Both the position numbers and the translations under genes were made by a program. A stretch of 31,184 bases of DNA, taken from positions 1 to 31,184 of the IMG/VR virus record IMGVR_UViG_3300047672_000038; one strand, written 5' to 3'. Under the pieces are notes generated by a model. It searched no databases. It was not told the DNA's origin and saw only the letters and a list, made by a program, of their open reading frames with translations. This DNA is from a virus. Its lineage: Duplodnaviria; Caudoviricetes. Below, in pieces: positions 8,821 to 16,185 of this stretch (positions are counted from its first letter, which is position 1; the number at the start of each line of letters is the position of its first letter).

Positions 8821-9018
8821 CACGACTTCCTCCTGGTTGGGAGGACCGACTATAGCAAAATTTTGGGCGAAATTTTTACGAATGGACGAAGCGGCGATGG
8901 GGAAATTGGGGGGTGATGTGAGGGGTGGTGGATCAATAAGCATGCTTAGGCCGATGAATTTTCCCACCCCGGCACCGCTGACCAACGTCCAAGCCCCCAT
9001 GCCACAGCCTATCGGACG

Positions 9019-9504
9019 TTAGTCCGTTTCAACTCTGACCGCTTCACCGTCGATCACGTTGCCCTGTCCTGCCTTGCGTGCTGCGATATCGTACAACTGT
9101 GCATCGGTTAGCCTGTGCAGCGCGTGTGTGTGATCGTGCTTCACCTCGCGGACTTCCTTCCAATCTTCTGGCGCGACGTTCTTAAGACCAAAGATCGCTG
9201 CCGCTGCCTGCGCGCCTTTCTCTGCGGTTAGCAAGCGACTTTCGAAGGCGCGTTGTCGTCCCATGCTCGCGCGGTTTACCGCGTCTGAAAAGGCGCTGTG
9301 TTCCCTCACCCATCGATATATCGTATCCCTGCCAACTCCGATCTTCCCGGCAAACGCGGCGAGGCTGTAACCCTGTGCCATGTCCTCAATGACCATTGCG
9401 CAGAACTCCGGACGGTAGCCCGAAGGCCTGCCTGTGGTGTAGTTCGGATCACGGTAATGGGCTGGCACTGTCGTTCGTACAAATGGTGCCATGTGTGGTG
9501 TCAT
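9019..9504 (-). CDS. terS: Terminase small subunit
   Basis: GRPSGYRPEFC...GYSLAAFAGKIGVGRDTIYRWVREHSAFSDAV...AAIFGLKN...WKEVREV matches the HTH-type TerS pattern. Confidence 0.8.
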   Translation of the reverse strand: MTPHMAPFVRTTVPAHYRDPNYTTGRPSGYRPEFCAMVIEDMAQGYSLAAFAGKIGVGRDTIYRWVREHSAFSDAVNRASMGRQRAFESRLLTAEKGAQAAAAIFGLKNVAPEDWKEVREVKHDHTHALHRLTDAQLYDIAARKAGQGNVIDGEAVRVETD

Positions 9505-9779
9505 CCCTGTCTATCTGCCGGCATAGCCTGTGGCGCGTCCGGCTGGCCTGCCAATGGGTGCGCGCGGTTAAGCCTGTGATCCCCTTCGAAATTTTCTTTC
9601 GGGGAAACCTGGCTCCCCTGTGACCGGAATTTCGTTGCGCATAGCTGGCCTTGTGCCGCTGTCAGCATCGCTTCATAGGCTTCCCGCTTGCGCCTAGCGC
9701 GGCGCGATGTGTCATGCGCCAGCCGGCCAAAGAACGCAGTCCGGCCGGGCCTGTCCCGCCGCGTCATGGTCCGCGACAT
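9501..9779 (-). CDS. Hypothetical protein upstream of terS
   Basis: ATGA overlap with terS. Low-complexity and Arg-rich, so uncertain. Confidence 0.35.
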   Translation of the reverse strand: MSRTMTRRDRPGRTAFFGRLAHDTSRRARRKREAYEAMLTAAQGQLCATKFRSQGSQVSPKENFEGDHRLNRAHPLAGQPDAPQAMPADRQG

Positions 9780-9806
9780 TTCTTTAACCTTCCTGCATTT
9801 GATGGG

Positions 9807-9837
9807 TTGACTTGCTTGGGCTTAAAGCCCATAGGAT
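9807..9837 (+). promoter_or_regulatory. Promoter with palindromic operator, copy 1
   Basis: TTGACT...TGGGC-TTAAA-GCCCA (9817-9831)-TAGGAT. Confidence 0.7.
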
Positions 9838-9872
9838 TATCATCGGCAAACAGCCGAACAAGGGGAACCACA

Positions 9873-10199
9873 ATGACTGATACTTTTAAGACCAAGCTTG
9901 GCACCACAAGAGCAGGCGAGCGCACGCGCATTTGGATTGAAGGCGCACGTCTGACCGCACACGCTTTCAGCGTTGGCAAGCGCTTCTCTCGCAAGTGGAC
10001 GCCAGCCACGTTGACGCTGGAACTGATCTCCGAAGCGGAATTCGAAAAGCTTTCCGTTGCAGATCGCGGCACGGTTTCCGGCAAGGATGAAAAGCCCATT
10101 ATCGATGTCACCGGCCAAAAGGTTGGTGCGACGTTCGGCGCTGGCACTCACGTTGCGGTCAGCTATGCGCGCGGCGTCATCACCATTCGCCGCGACTAA
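9873..10199 (+). CDS. Hypothetical protein resembling the N-terminal accessory domain of plasmid/ICE C5 methyltransferases
   Basis: AAGGGGAAC SD. TKLGTTRAGERTRIWIEGARL...TVSGKDEKPIIDVTG...VSYARGVITI; the resemblance is recalled, not searched. Confidence 0.75.
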   Translation: MTDTFKTKLGTTRAGERTRIWIEGARLTAHAFSVGKRFSRKWTPATLTLELISEAEFEKLSVADRGTVSGKDEKPIIDVTGQKVGATFGAGTHVAVSYARGVITIRRD

Positions 10200-10207
10200 C
10201 CATCGCG

Positions 10208-10292
10208 ACATCGCTTTAGGCCCGGCAGCGCAAGCTTACCGGGTTTAAGGCAATAGAAGCGCCAGCACATCGCGGCGCAGACCAAGGGGAAC
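10208..10292 (+). repeat. Structured intergenic repeat, copy A
   Basis: ACATCGC...CCCGG-C-AGC-GCAA-GCT-TA-CCGGG-TTT...GAAGCGCCAGCA...AAGGGGAAC. Confidence 0.85.
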
Positions 10293-10296
10293 ACCA

Positions 10297-10629
10297 ATGC
10301 CTAACAAATCTTCACCGCATGGCGGTTTCATTTCCGAAGGCACCGTGTCGCACGGCACGCTTCGCACTCCGGACTTGCTGCGCAGGCTTGCCGATGAATA
10401 TGACCGCGTGCTGCCGTTCAATTCGTTTTCAACCGTCTACGATGCGCGCAACAGTGCAAACGAAATTGATGCCGATCCCGGCCATCCCGGCAACGAACAA
10501 TGTGGTTCCGAGATCGTGCAGGAATTGATTGACGCACTCAACACTGTGGCCGGCCGCGAGGGGCTGTATTTCGGCGCACATCCCGGTGACGGTTCGGACT
10601 TCGGATACTGGAAGGCTGACGACGAATAA
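10297..10629 (+). CDS. Small acidic hypothetical protein
   Basis: AAGGGGAAC SD; GTVSHGTLR...YFGAHPGDGSDFGYW. Confidence 0.8.
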   Translation: MPNKSSPHGGFISEGTVSHGTLRTPDLLRRLADEYDRVLPFNSFSTVYDARNSANEIDADPGHPGNEQCGSEIVQELIDALNTVAGREGLYFGAHPGDGSDFGYWKADDE

Positions 10630-10641
10630 TAATTGCGCACC

Positions 10642-10725
10642 ACATCGCGTTACACCCGGCAGCGAAAGCTTACCGGGTTTGACGCATTAGGAAGCGCCAG
10701 CATGTGCAGCGCTCGCAAGGGGAAC
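10642..10725 (+). repeat. Structured intergenic repeat, copy B
   Basis: ACATCGC...CCCGG-C-AGC-GAAA-GCT-TA-CCGGG-TTT...GAAGCGCCAGCA...AAGGGGAAC. Confidence 0.85.
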
Positions 10726-10730
10726 AGCAA

Positions 10731-11003
10731 ATGCCAATCAATTCCATCTCTGACTTTCGCAAGGCGATGCGCAACGGCCCATATGCTTGGCCGGGTGGCT
10801 ATCCGCTTTATTTCGTCATGGCGGACGGTGAAGCACTCTCATTCCGTGCTGCCAAGGATAACCGCCGCGAGATCATAAGCGCACTGGCCTATCCCGGCAC
10901 GGCTAAGGATTGGCAGCCGATAGCGTTTGAAATAAATTGGGAAGATGCAGACCTATGGTGCGCGCACCGTGCCGAAAAGATTGAAAGCGCTTATTCCGAT
11001 TAA
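10731..11003 (+). CDS. Small hypothetical phage protein
   Basis: AAGGGGAAC SD before ATG 10731; PYAWPGGYPLYF...INWEDADLWC...IESAY. Confidence 0.8.
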   Translation: MPINSISDFRKAMRNGPYAWPGGYPLYFVMADGEALSFRAAKDNRREIISALAYPGTAKDWQPIAFEINWEDADLWCAHRAEKIESAYSD

Positions 11004-11012
11004 TTGCGCTGC

Positions 11013-11082
11013 ACATCGCGTCCTTTACCCGGCTGCGGAAACGCACACCGGGTTTAAGGCGTCAGTAGCAACCAAGGGGAAC
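11013..11082 (+). repeat. Structured intergenic repeat, copy C
   Basis: ACATCGC...CCCGG-C-TGCG-GAAA-CGCA-CA-CCGGG-TTT...AAGGGGAAC. Confidence 0.8.
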
Positions 11083-11086
11083 AGCA

Positions 11087-11380
11087 ATGGCCAAACCGAA
11101 TAAATTGCAGGCAGGCGATACCGTCGCATATGCGGCGAAGTTTCTGCGCAACACTTGCCAGCACACCGGCAGCGCGCCGCAGCGTCGCGGCACGTTCATC
11201 AGCTATTGGCAATCAAATCCGGACTTTGCCCGCGTCAAATGGTCAGATTTCGATTTCGATTATCAGGCCCGGCAGCATGGCGAAGATTACGCGCAAGACG
11301 CGCAAGAGCATGGGCAACTGGTTTTGGCTGTCAACATTGCTAAAGTCGGCTCGCCGCGCTTCGCCTTGAATGATATGTGA
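11087..11380 (+). CDS. Small hypothetical protein (possible SH3/KOW-like)
   Basis: AAGGGGAAC SD; LQAGDTVAY...RRGT...ARVKWSD. Confidence 0.8.
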   Translation: MAKPNKLQAGDTVAYAAKFLRNTCQHTGSAPQRRGTFISYWQSNPDFARVKWSDFDFDYQARQHGEDYAQDAQEHGQLVLAVNIAKVGSPRFALNDM

Positions 11381-11386
11381 GCGATC

Positions 11387-11737
11387 ATGAAAACTTACAA
11401 AACCGAATTCCCGGACTTCCCGGACGTTGATTGGCCGGCCATGCCGGCCGGCTTCGAAGATAGCTCTTGGCACAATGACGCCATGCCAAGCATTGCCAGC
11501 CCGCATTATCAAATCTGGATCGATTACGCTGACGTTGCCTTGCGGGAGTATGGCGACAAATACCCGCGTTTCAATGTGCAGCCTATGCGCAACGGGATCG
11601 AGATCACCGGCAACGGCGGATTGATTACGGACGATTGGAATGCCGTGCTGGCCTTCCTCGCCTGCGACTGTCCCGCCTGCCATCGGCATCGCGACAACGG
11701 ACGCGGCATCTGTTGCGATTGCGGCACGCCAATCTAA
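11387..11737 (+). CDS. Hypothetical protein with C-terminal Cys cluster
   Basis: GFEDSSWHNDAMPS...CDCPACH...CCDCG. Confidence 0.75.
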   Translation: MKTYKTEFPDFPDVDWPAMPAGFEDSSWHNDAMPSIASPHYQIWIDYADVALREYGDKYPRFNVQPMRNGIEITGNGGLITDDWNAVLAFLACDCPACHRHRDNGRGICCDCGTPI

Positions 11738-11795
11738 AACACAGGCTGTGGCCTGTTTTTGAAATCTAAAAAGCAGGCTGTGGCCTGCTTTTTTT
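11731..11795. terminator. Tandemly duplicated, probably bidirectional, intrinsic terminator
   Basis: Two copies of AATCTAAAA-N1-2-CAGGC-TGTG-GCCTG-T-run between convergent genes. Confidence 0.75.
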
Positions 11796-12450
11796 ATGCC
11801 GCGATCCTGCCGCGTGCCGCATTGCCCCATTGGGCTGCAAACGCCAGCGCGAGGCCCGGATACGTCTTAGACCGGAAGGCGTGCCGCTGTGGTCCCGGTG
11901 AAGCGAAATGCACCATTGGCTTGGGCTTGGCATCCTTGGGCAAGCCTAGCGCCTTGCGACAGTCCGGCCACGTTGCATGCGTTGGGATCAACAGCGGCAG
12001 ACCTCGCAACCACAGGCAAGTCGCTTTCGTTTCCGGATCGCCAAACATCCAAGGCTGCACAACCTGGGCCTGGCTTGCCCCAATGATCTCCTTTGCACAG
12101 CCAAGCATGATCGGATTTTCAACCGCCACACGCGGGATATTCGCCAGCCATAGCTTGCGGAAAAATTCCGCGCCTAGTCGCATGTTGCGCCAGCGCTCCG
12201 GATCAGGGCCGTTTTCCTTTTTCGTCCCTAAGTAAAGATGCTTGGCACCGCTGTTGCAGAGGTATTTGCAATCGGGGTGGAAAATCGCCAAATCCCAACC
12301 GCGATCTAGCACCGTCAACACATCGCATTGCAGATGGTGCGGCGAGCCATCGACGGCCGGCACCACATCGCAGGACCAAGCATCATGACCGGCCGCGCGG
12401 AAAGCCTGCCGCACCCGGCCGAAACGCTCGCAACCCACAAGCACCCGCAT
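11794..12450 (-). CDS. Phage DNA cytosine methyltransferase-like protein
   Basis: MRVLVGCE...GHDAWSCD...WDLAIFHPDC (motif IV-like), VENP (motif VI), QPWMFG..ETKATCLW, RSKTYPGLA...QWG. Confidence 0.8.
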   Translation of the reverse strand: MRVLVGCERFGRVRQAFRAAGHDAWSCDVVPAVDGSPHHLQCDVLTVLDRGWDLAIFHPDCKYLCNSGAKHLYLGTKKENGPDPERWRNMRLGAEFFRKLWLANIPRVAVENPIMLGCAKEIIGASQAQVVQPWMFGDPETKATCLWLRGLPLLIPTHATWPDCRKALGLPKDAKPKPMVHFASPGPQRHAFRSKTYPGLALAFAAQWGNAARGRIAA

Positions 12451-12523
12451 TCCCTGCCCTCCTGGGCCTGGGTGACGCTAGGCGTTTTTTATTGGATTTG
12501 GGAGTAATTCTTACGTTTTCCAC

Positions 12524-12554
12524 TTGACCCTATTGGGCTTTAAGCCCATAACAG
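12524..12554 (+). promoter_or_regulatory. Promoter with palindromic operator, copy 2
   Basis: TTGACC...TGGGC-TTTAA-GCCCA (12534-12548)-TAACAG. Confidence 0.7.
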
Positions 12555-12587
12555 GCAGGCGCAATCGAGCGCAATCAAGGGGAACCG

Positions 12588-12851
12588 ATGTTTGATCATA
12601 ACCAGATGCGAGAGTTAGCCGCCCTTAAGGCGGATCGCTACCAGCACAACGGCGGTGGCGGTGGCTTTGCCGTGCGCAACACGGCCAAGGCCTATTACGA
12701 AGCGCGCGGCTTTCAAAACCGTTTCGCTGAAATGCTGCACTTTGCCCGGCAATCGTTTGCCGATGTGGCAAGGGGCGAGCAGAGCAATTTTCATCTTGCG
12801 TGCTTGTGCGCTCGCGAGGGGATCGCGGCCGATGAAGCAATCCCGTTCTAG
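12588..12851 (+). CDS. Hypothetical protein
   Basis: AAGGGGAAC SD at 12577. Confidence 0.7.
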   Translation: MFDHNQMRELAALKADRYQHNGGGGGFAVRNTAKAYYEARGFQNRFAEMLHFARQSFADVARGEQSNFHLACLCAREGIAADEAIPF

Positions 12852-12999
12852 CCAAACCGAAATGCCCGGCACTTCGCCGCGCATTGCCGAAACCCTGCAA
12901 CGTCGCGCAAGCGCGCCGTTACTTTCCACCAAACCGCAACAGCCAATTGAGCACGGGCTTTTTGGCGATCAACACAACCAAGGGGAACTATTCAAATGA
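12832..12999 (+). CDS. Small hypothetical protein (start uncertain: 12832 or 12862)
   Basis: Fills the gap, with an ATGA overlap into the next gene; LQRRASAPL...GLFGDQ...GELF. Confidence 0.4.
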   Translation: MKQSRSSQTEMPGTSPRIAETLQRRASAPLLSTKPQQPIEHGLFGDQHNQGELFK

Positions 13000-13619
13000 A
13001 ACTTCTGACCAACCACACCACACCGGAAACCGCTTTCGTTGTCGCAGATTATCCTTATGGCTTCCGGCTGCGCTGCCAAATTCGCTACTGGCTGGAATTC
13101 AACCCGAAGCACGGTTTCCGTTTCATGTCGCAGACCACCAACCCGAAGCGCCCCGGCCAAGTCTGGAACAAGCCCAAGGCGTCAACCTACTGCAAGTTTG
13201 GTATGGCGATGTACCTTGACGAAAACGAGCACGTTCAATGGGCGGGCTTGTCGGAATACAGCGACGCGGCGCAGGCGCAGAAATTTCAGGAAACCTACGG
13301 CGCAGCCGTGCCAGAAGCCGGCCGGGACATTCTCAACAAGTGGGTAGCCGCCAAGGTCGCTTACGAAGCCAACCGGGAGGAAGGCGACGCGCTGCACGTT
13401 GGCCTGCCGGAAGCACGCGCCGCAATCCTTGACGTTGCCAAGGCCGTCACGCGGGCCGAAAAGCTCGCGGCGATCTGGAAGGACACTCACGCGGATTTCA
13501 AGGGCCATCTGGAAGGCCAGCGGTCGATCATGGTCTATCGGAACGGCACTTGCCTTGTCTTGCTCAATGATCTGACAGATGCGGAGATCGCAGACAAGCT
13601 GCCAGCCCGCTACAAGTGA
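12996..13619 (+). CDS. Hypothetical phage protein
   Basis: AAGGGGAAC SD; DYPYGFRLRCQIRYWLE...QTTNPK...WNKPKASTY. Confidence 0.8.
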   Translation: MKLLTNHTTPETAFVVADYPYGFRLRCQIRYWLEFNPKHGFRFMSQTTNPKRPGQVWNKPKASTYCKFGMAMYLDENEHVQWAGLSEYSDAAQAQKFQETYGAAVPEAGRDILNKWVAAKVAYEANREEGDALHVGLPEARAAILDVAKAVTRAEKLAAIWKDTHADFKGHLEGQRSIMVYRNGTCLVLLNDLTDAEIADKLPARYK

Positions 13620-13637
13620 CCGCCTGACCCAACCAAC

Positions 13638-13669
13638 AAAGGCCCGCCCCGCGCGGGCCTTTTTCTTTT
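13638..13669 (+). terminator. Intrinsic terminator
   Basis: AAAGGCCCGC-loop-GCGGGCCTTT followed by a T-rich tract. Confidence 0.8.
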
Positions 13670-13672
13670 CCG

Positions 13673-13702
13673 TTGACGCTATGGGCTTTATGCCCATATG
13701 AT
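13673..13702 (+). promoter_or_regulatory. Promoter with palindromic operator, copy 3
   Basis: TTGACG...ATGGGC-TTTAT-GCCCAT (13681-13697), with -10 TATGAT. Confidence 0.75.
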
Positions 13703-13723
13703 CTACCATCCAAAGGGGAACCC

Positions 13724-14392
13724 ATGAAACCGATCATTTCCTATCGGCGCATATCGAAGGAAGGCAAGAAGGGCCTTGCCGGCCTTGGGCTGGAAGCACA
13801 GGACAATGCCAACCGATTTTTTGCACCGGCACACGGTTTCGAAATCGCAGGCGAATACCTGGAAATAGAAACCGGCAAAGGTTTCGATGCACTGGACAAG
13901 CGTCCGCAACTGGCCGCAGCGCTCGCACATGCGCAGCAACTCAATTGCCCCGTGCTTGTCGCCAAGCTGGACCGGCTGTCGCGCAACGTCGCATTCATTG
14001 CCGGCCTGATGGAAAAGCGCGTGCCGTTCATCGTCGCCGCGCTTGGCATGGACGTTCCGCCGTTCATGCTGCACATCTACGCCGCGTTCGCTGAAAAGGA
14101 ACGGCAGGACATTTCGGACCGCACCAAAGCCGCGCTAGCCGTCGCCAAGGCGCGCGGCATTCGGCTAGGCAACCCGCAAGAGGTACAGGCCGCAGAGATC
14201 GCCGCGCGGGCCTTTGCCGAAACCCTGCGCCCTGTCGTGACACCCGTCCTTAACCTGTCGTCGCGGCGCATTGCGTCCTATCTCAATGCGCAAGGCGTAA
14301 AAACTGCGGAAGGCAAGGCTTGGCAGTCCACGCAAGTCATCCGCCTGATTAACCGTCTAACCAAAGGGGCACGCGATGCCGTCGAAGCGTAA
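13724..14392 (+). CDS. Serine recombinase (resolvase/invertase family)
   Basis: N-terminal YRRIS catalytic motif, [25 protein letters not shown] and a C-terminal DNA-binding segment; AAGGGGAAC SD. Confidence 0.9.
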   Translation: MKPIISYRRISKEGKKGLAGLGLEAQDNANRFFAPAHGFEIAGEYLEIETGKGFDALDKRPQLAAALAHAQQLNCPVLVAKLDRLSRNVAFIAGLMEKRVPFIVAALGMDVPPFMLHIYAAFAEKERQDISDRTKAALAVAKARGIRLGNPQEVQAAEIAARAFAETLRPVVTPVLNLSSRRIASYLNAQGVKTAEGKAWQSTQVIRLINRLTKGARDAVEA

Positions 14393-14606
14393 GGCCGAAG
14401 CACATACCTGGATGACCGGCGATGCGTTCGCCGCGTGTCTCGCCAAGCTGGAAATCCACCCGGTTGATTTTGCCGAAGTGATTGCGTTCAACGAGCGCAC
14501 GGTGCGCAAGTGGATTGACGGCACGCTGGACGTTCCGCGATGGGCTGCGCAGCTAGTTAACCTGATGATCAAGACCAACACCAAACCGGAGAACTTGAAG
14601 CCATGA
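14376..14606 (+). CDS. Small HTH transcriptional regulator (Aca-like architecture)
   Basis: [37 protein letters not shown]...VPRWAAQLV, an XRE-like HTH. Confidence 0.7.
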   Translation: MPSKRKAEAHTWMTGDAFAACLAKLEIHPVDFAEVIAFNERTVRKWIDGTLDVPRWAAQLVNLMIKTNTKPENLKP

Positions 14607-14824
14607 GCCGAAAGAAAGAAACGCCAAAGCCGATGTTCGCCTTGCGCGCTGATTTTGCCGCTTCGCTGGAAAATGTATGCAACGAATGCGTGATGATGTT
14701 GCAGATGGTTGATAGCCTGATCCAGCTAGGCAACCTGACGCCAAACCTTAAGGCGATGTTGATCGAACGGCGCGGCAAGATGCGCGCGGCGCTGATGTCG
14801 GAGAATGATGATGATGAAGGCTAG
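14603..14824 (+). CDS. Hypothetical protein
   Basis: ATGA overlap with the HTH gene. Confidence 0.55.
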   Translation: MSRKKETPKPMFALRADFAASLENVCNECVMMLQMVDSLIQLGNLTPNLKAMLIERRGKMRAALMSENDDDEG

Positions 14825-15047
14825 CAACCTGAAATCATCCGGCCTAAGCGTGCTGACATCCGAAGCGGTTGACGCGGATGGGCTGCACTGTTCCGAATGC
14901 GGCGACACCGGCCCCGGCGACAAGCTTTTGATCTTCTGCACGCGGATCGGCACGCGCGTCCGGATGCACGGCGGACGGTTTTGCAGCAAGGTCTGCCATG
15001 ACCGCTACCACGGCCTAGCGCCGCAGACACCAAGGGGAACGCTATGA
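14805..15047 (+). CDS. Small zinc-finger protein
   Basis: CSEC...FCSKVCH; start uncertain among tandem ATGs. Confidence 0.55.
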   Translation: MMMMKASNLKSSGLSVLTSEAVDADGLHCSECGDTGPGDKLLIFCTRIGTRVRMHGGRFCSKVCHDRYHGLAPQTPRGTL

Positions 15048-15256
15048 ACAAACATCACAACGATCTGTTGCTGGCACTTGCGGCTTACATGGTTGCCGTT
15101 GCCGAACATGGCCGGACCGATGCCGCCGACAAGGCAGCGGATCAACGCTTCATCCTCGCAACGCAAGCGCTCGCGGACGATCAACGGGAGTTTTGCCGGC
15201 GAATGGAGATCGGCAAAAGCCTGCGCGTCGTCAAGGATACCCACATCGCGATCTAA
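15044..15256 (+). CDS. Hypothetical protein
   Basis: AAGGGGAAC SD at 15032. Confidence 0.65.
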   Translation: MNKHHNDLLLALAAYMVAVAEHGRTDAADKAADQRFILATQALADDQREFCRRMEIGKSLRVVKDTHIAI

Positions 15257-15280
15257 GGCCCGCACGCTGCCTGAAATGTC

Positions 15281-15308
15281 AAAGGCCCGGATTGCTCCGG
15301 GCCTTTTT
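15281..15308 (+). terminator. Intrinsic terminator
   Basis: AAAGGCCCGGA-TTGC-TCCGGGCCTTTTT. Confidence 0.85.
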
Positions 15309-15411
15309 CAATCGTCCTGATGTGCGCCGCCGATGTTTTAAGGGGAACCAAAAAACTTTGGTTTCGCAGATCGAGATGATACCTGGAATATGGTGCCAAT
15401 CGCCCCTAGCG

Positions 15412-15927
15412 TCAACCGGCTTTCAATCGATCAAAGAAACCGCCGAGCCTGTGCCCGGCATCTGACAGAATTTCGCCGGCTCGCTGTCGCGCCCGGTATG
15501 GCGAGCGAAACCCGAGCGTTTCGCCTGTCTCTTGCAGCGCCCGGCCAAAGCACGCGATCTGCGTTGCGACATAGGACGGGCGATGCCCTATCGCATCCTG
15601 CGCCGCGTAATAGGTCCGCTTGTGGTCTAATTGCGCCTCCGTCCGGGCCAGCCCCGACATCTGCGACGGATCGAACGAATAAATCCGGTTCAGGTCTACC
15701 GATCCCAAAGGCCCCTGCAAGCCGCCAGCGACCCAATGCAGCGCGTAGCGCCGCAAGGCCGAGTATTCACCGGGAGTAATTATCCGGCGCACCAGCGACC
15801 GCCCTAGCGCGTCGTCAAGCATGGTGACGCGGCGCGCGGATCGGCCGCGCCCCGCCACGTTGAAAAACTCGCCGGCTTTGGAAAGTCGTTCCGCTGTTGG
15901 TCCCGCTTCATCGATGGGGACTTGCAT
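15412..15927 (-). CDS. Putative late-gene regulator (DUF6456-like; occupies the antiterminator position)
   Basis: GGAGG SD before ATG 15927. Last gene of the early leftward operon, with a C-terminal HTH-like segment. Confidence 0.55.
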   Translation of the reverse strand: MQVPIDEAGPTAERLSKAGEFFNVAGRGRSARRVTMLDDALGRSLVRRIITPGEYSALRRYALHWVAGGLQGPLGSVDLNRIYSFDPSQMSGLARTEAQLDHKRTYYAAQDAIGHRPSYVATQIACFGRALQETGETLGFRSPYRARQRAGEILSDAGHRLGGFFDRLKAG

Positions 15928-16185
15928 CAGCGACCTCCGACTGTGGGAAGTGGCGACGCTACAGCCGGGTTTTCCACATTGGCAAGCCCCTTGCACTTCG
16001 CAGCTACAAAGAAGGTAGTAGTTATTATCTGTTTAGATTGGGACCAATTGCTGCTTTTTTGCTTGGCGTTTGCTGTAGCACTTGCTGCACCCAGGTTGTG
16101 CGATTTCAATCAGTTGGCTGTATTGACAGGTTTCGATCAGTGACACATGGTTGGTTCACTTTGGAGACCATGCCCAATTTTTGCC

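Noticed and set aside
10208-11060. Hairpin repeats as known self-cleaving ribozymes or simple terminators
   Set aside because: There is no hammerhead CUGANGA/GAAA core and I could not build an HDV or twister pseudoknot. The TTT after CCGGG is mostly paired in the basal stem and too short for a U-tract.
10197-11089. CRISPR array or integron attC array
   Set aside because: The 'spacers' are 270-330 bp ORFs and the repeats are degenerate. There are no cas genes, no RYYYAAC/GTTRRRY attC ends, and no integron-integrase features recognised.
15241-15305. Fourth copy of the hairpin repeat (CCACATCGCG...GGCCCGG...CCGGG)
   Set aside because: ACATCGC lies within a coding end and the spacing differs. 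The hairpin lacks the GNRA loop and internal loop and reads as an ordinary terminator.
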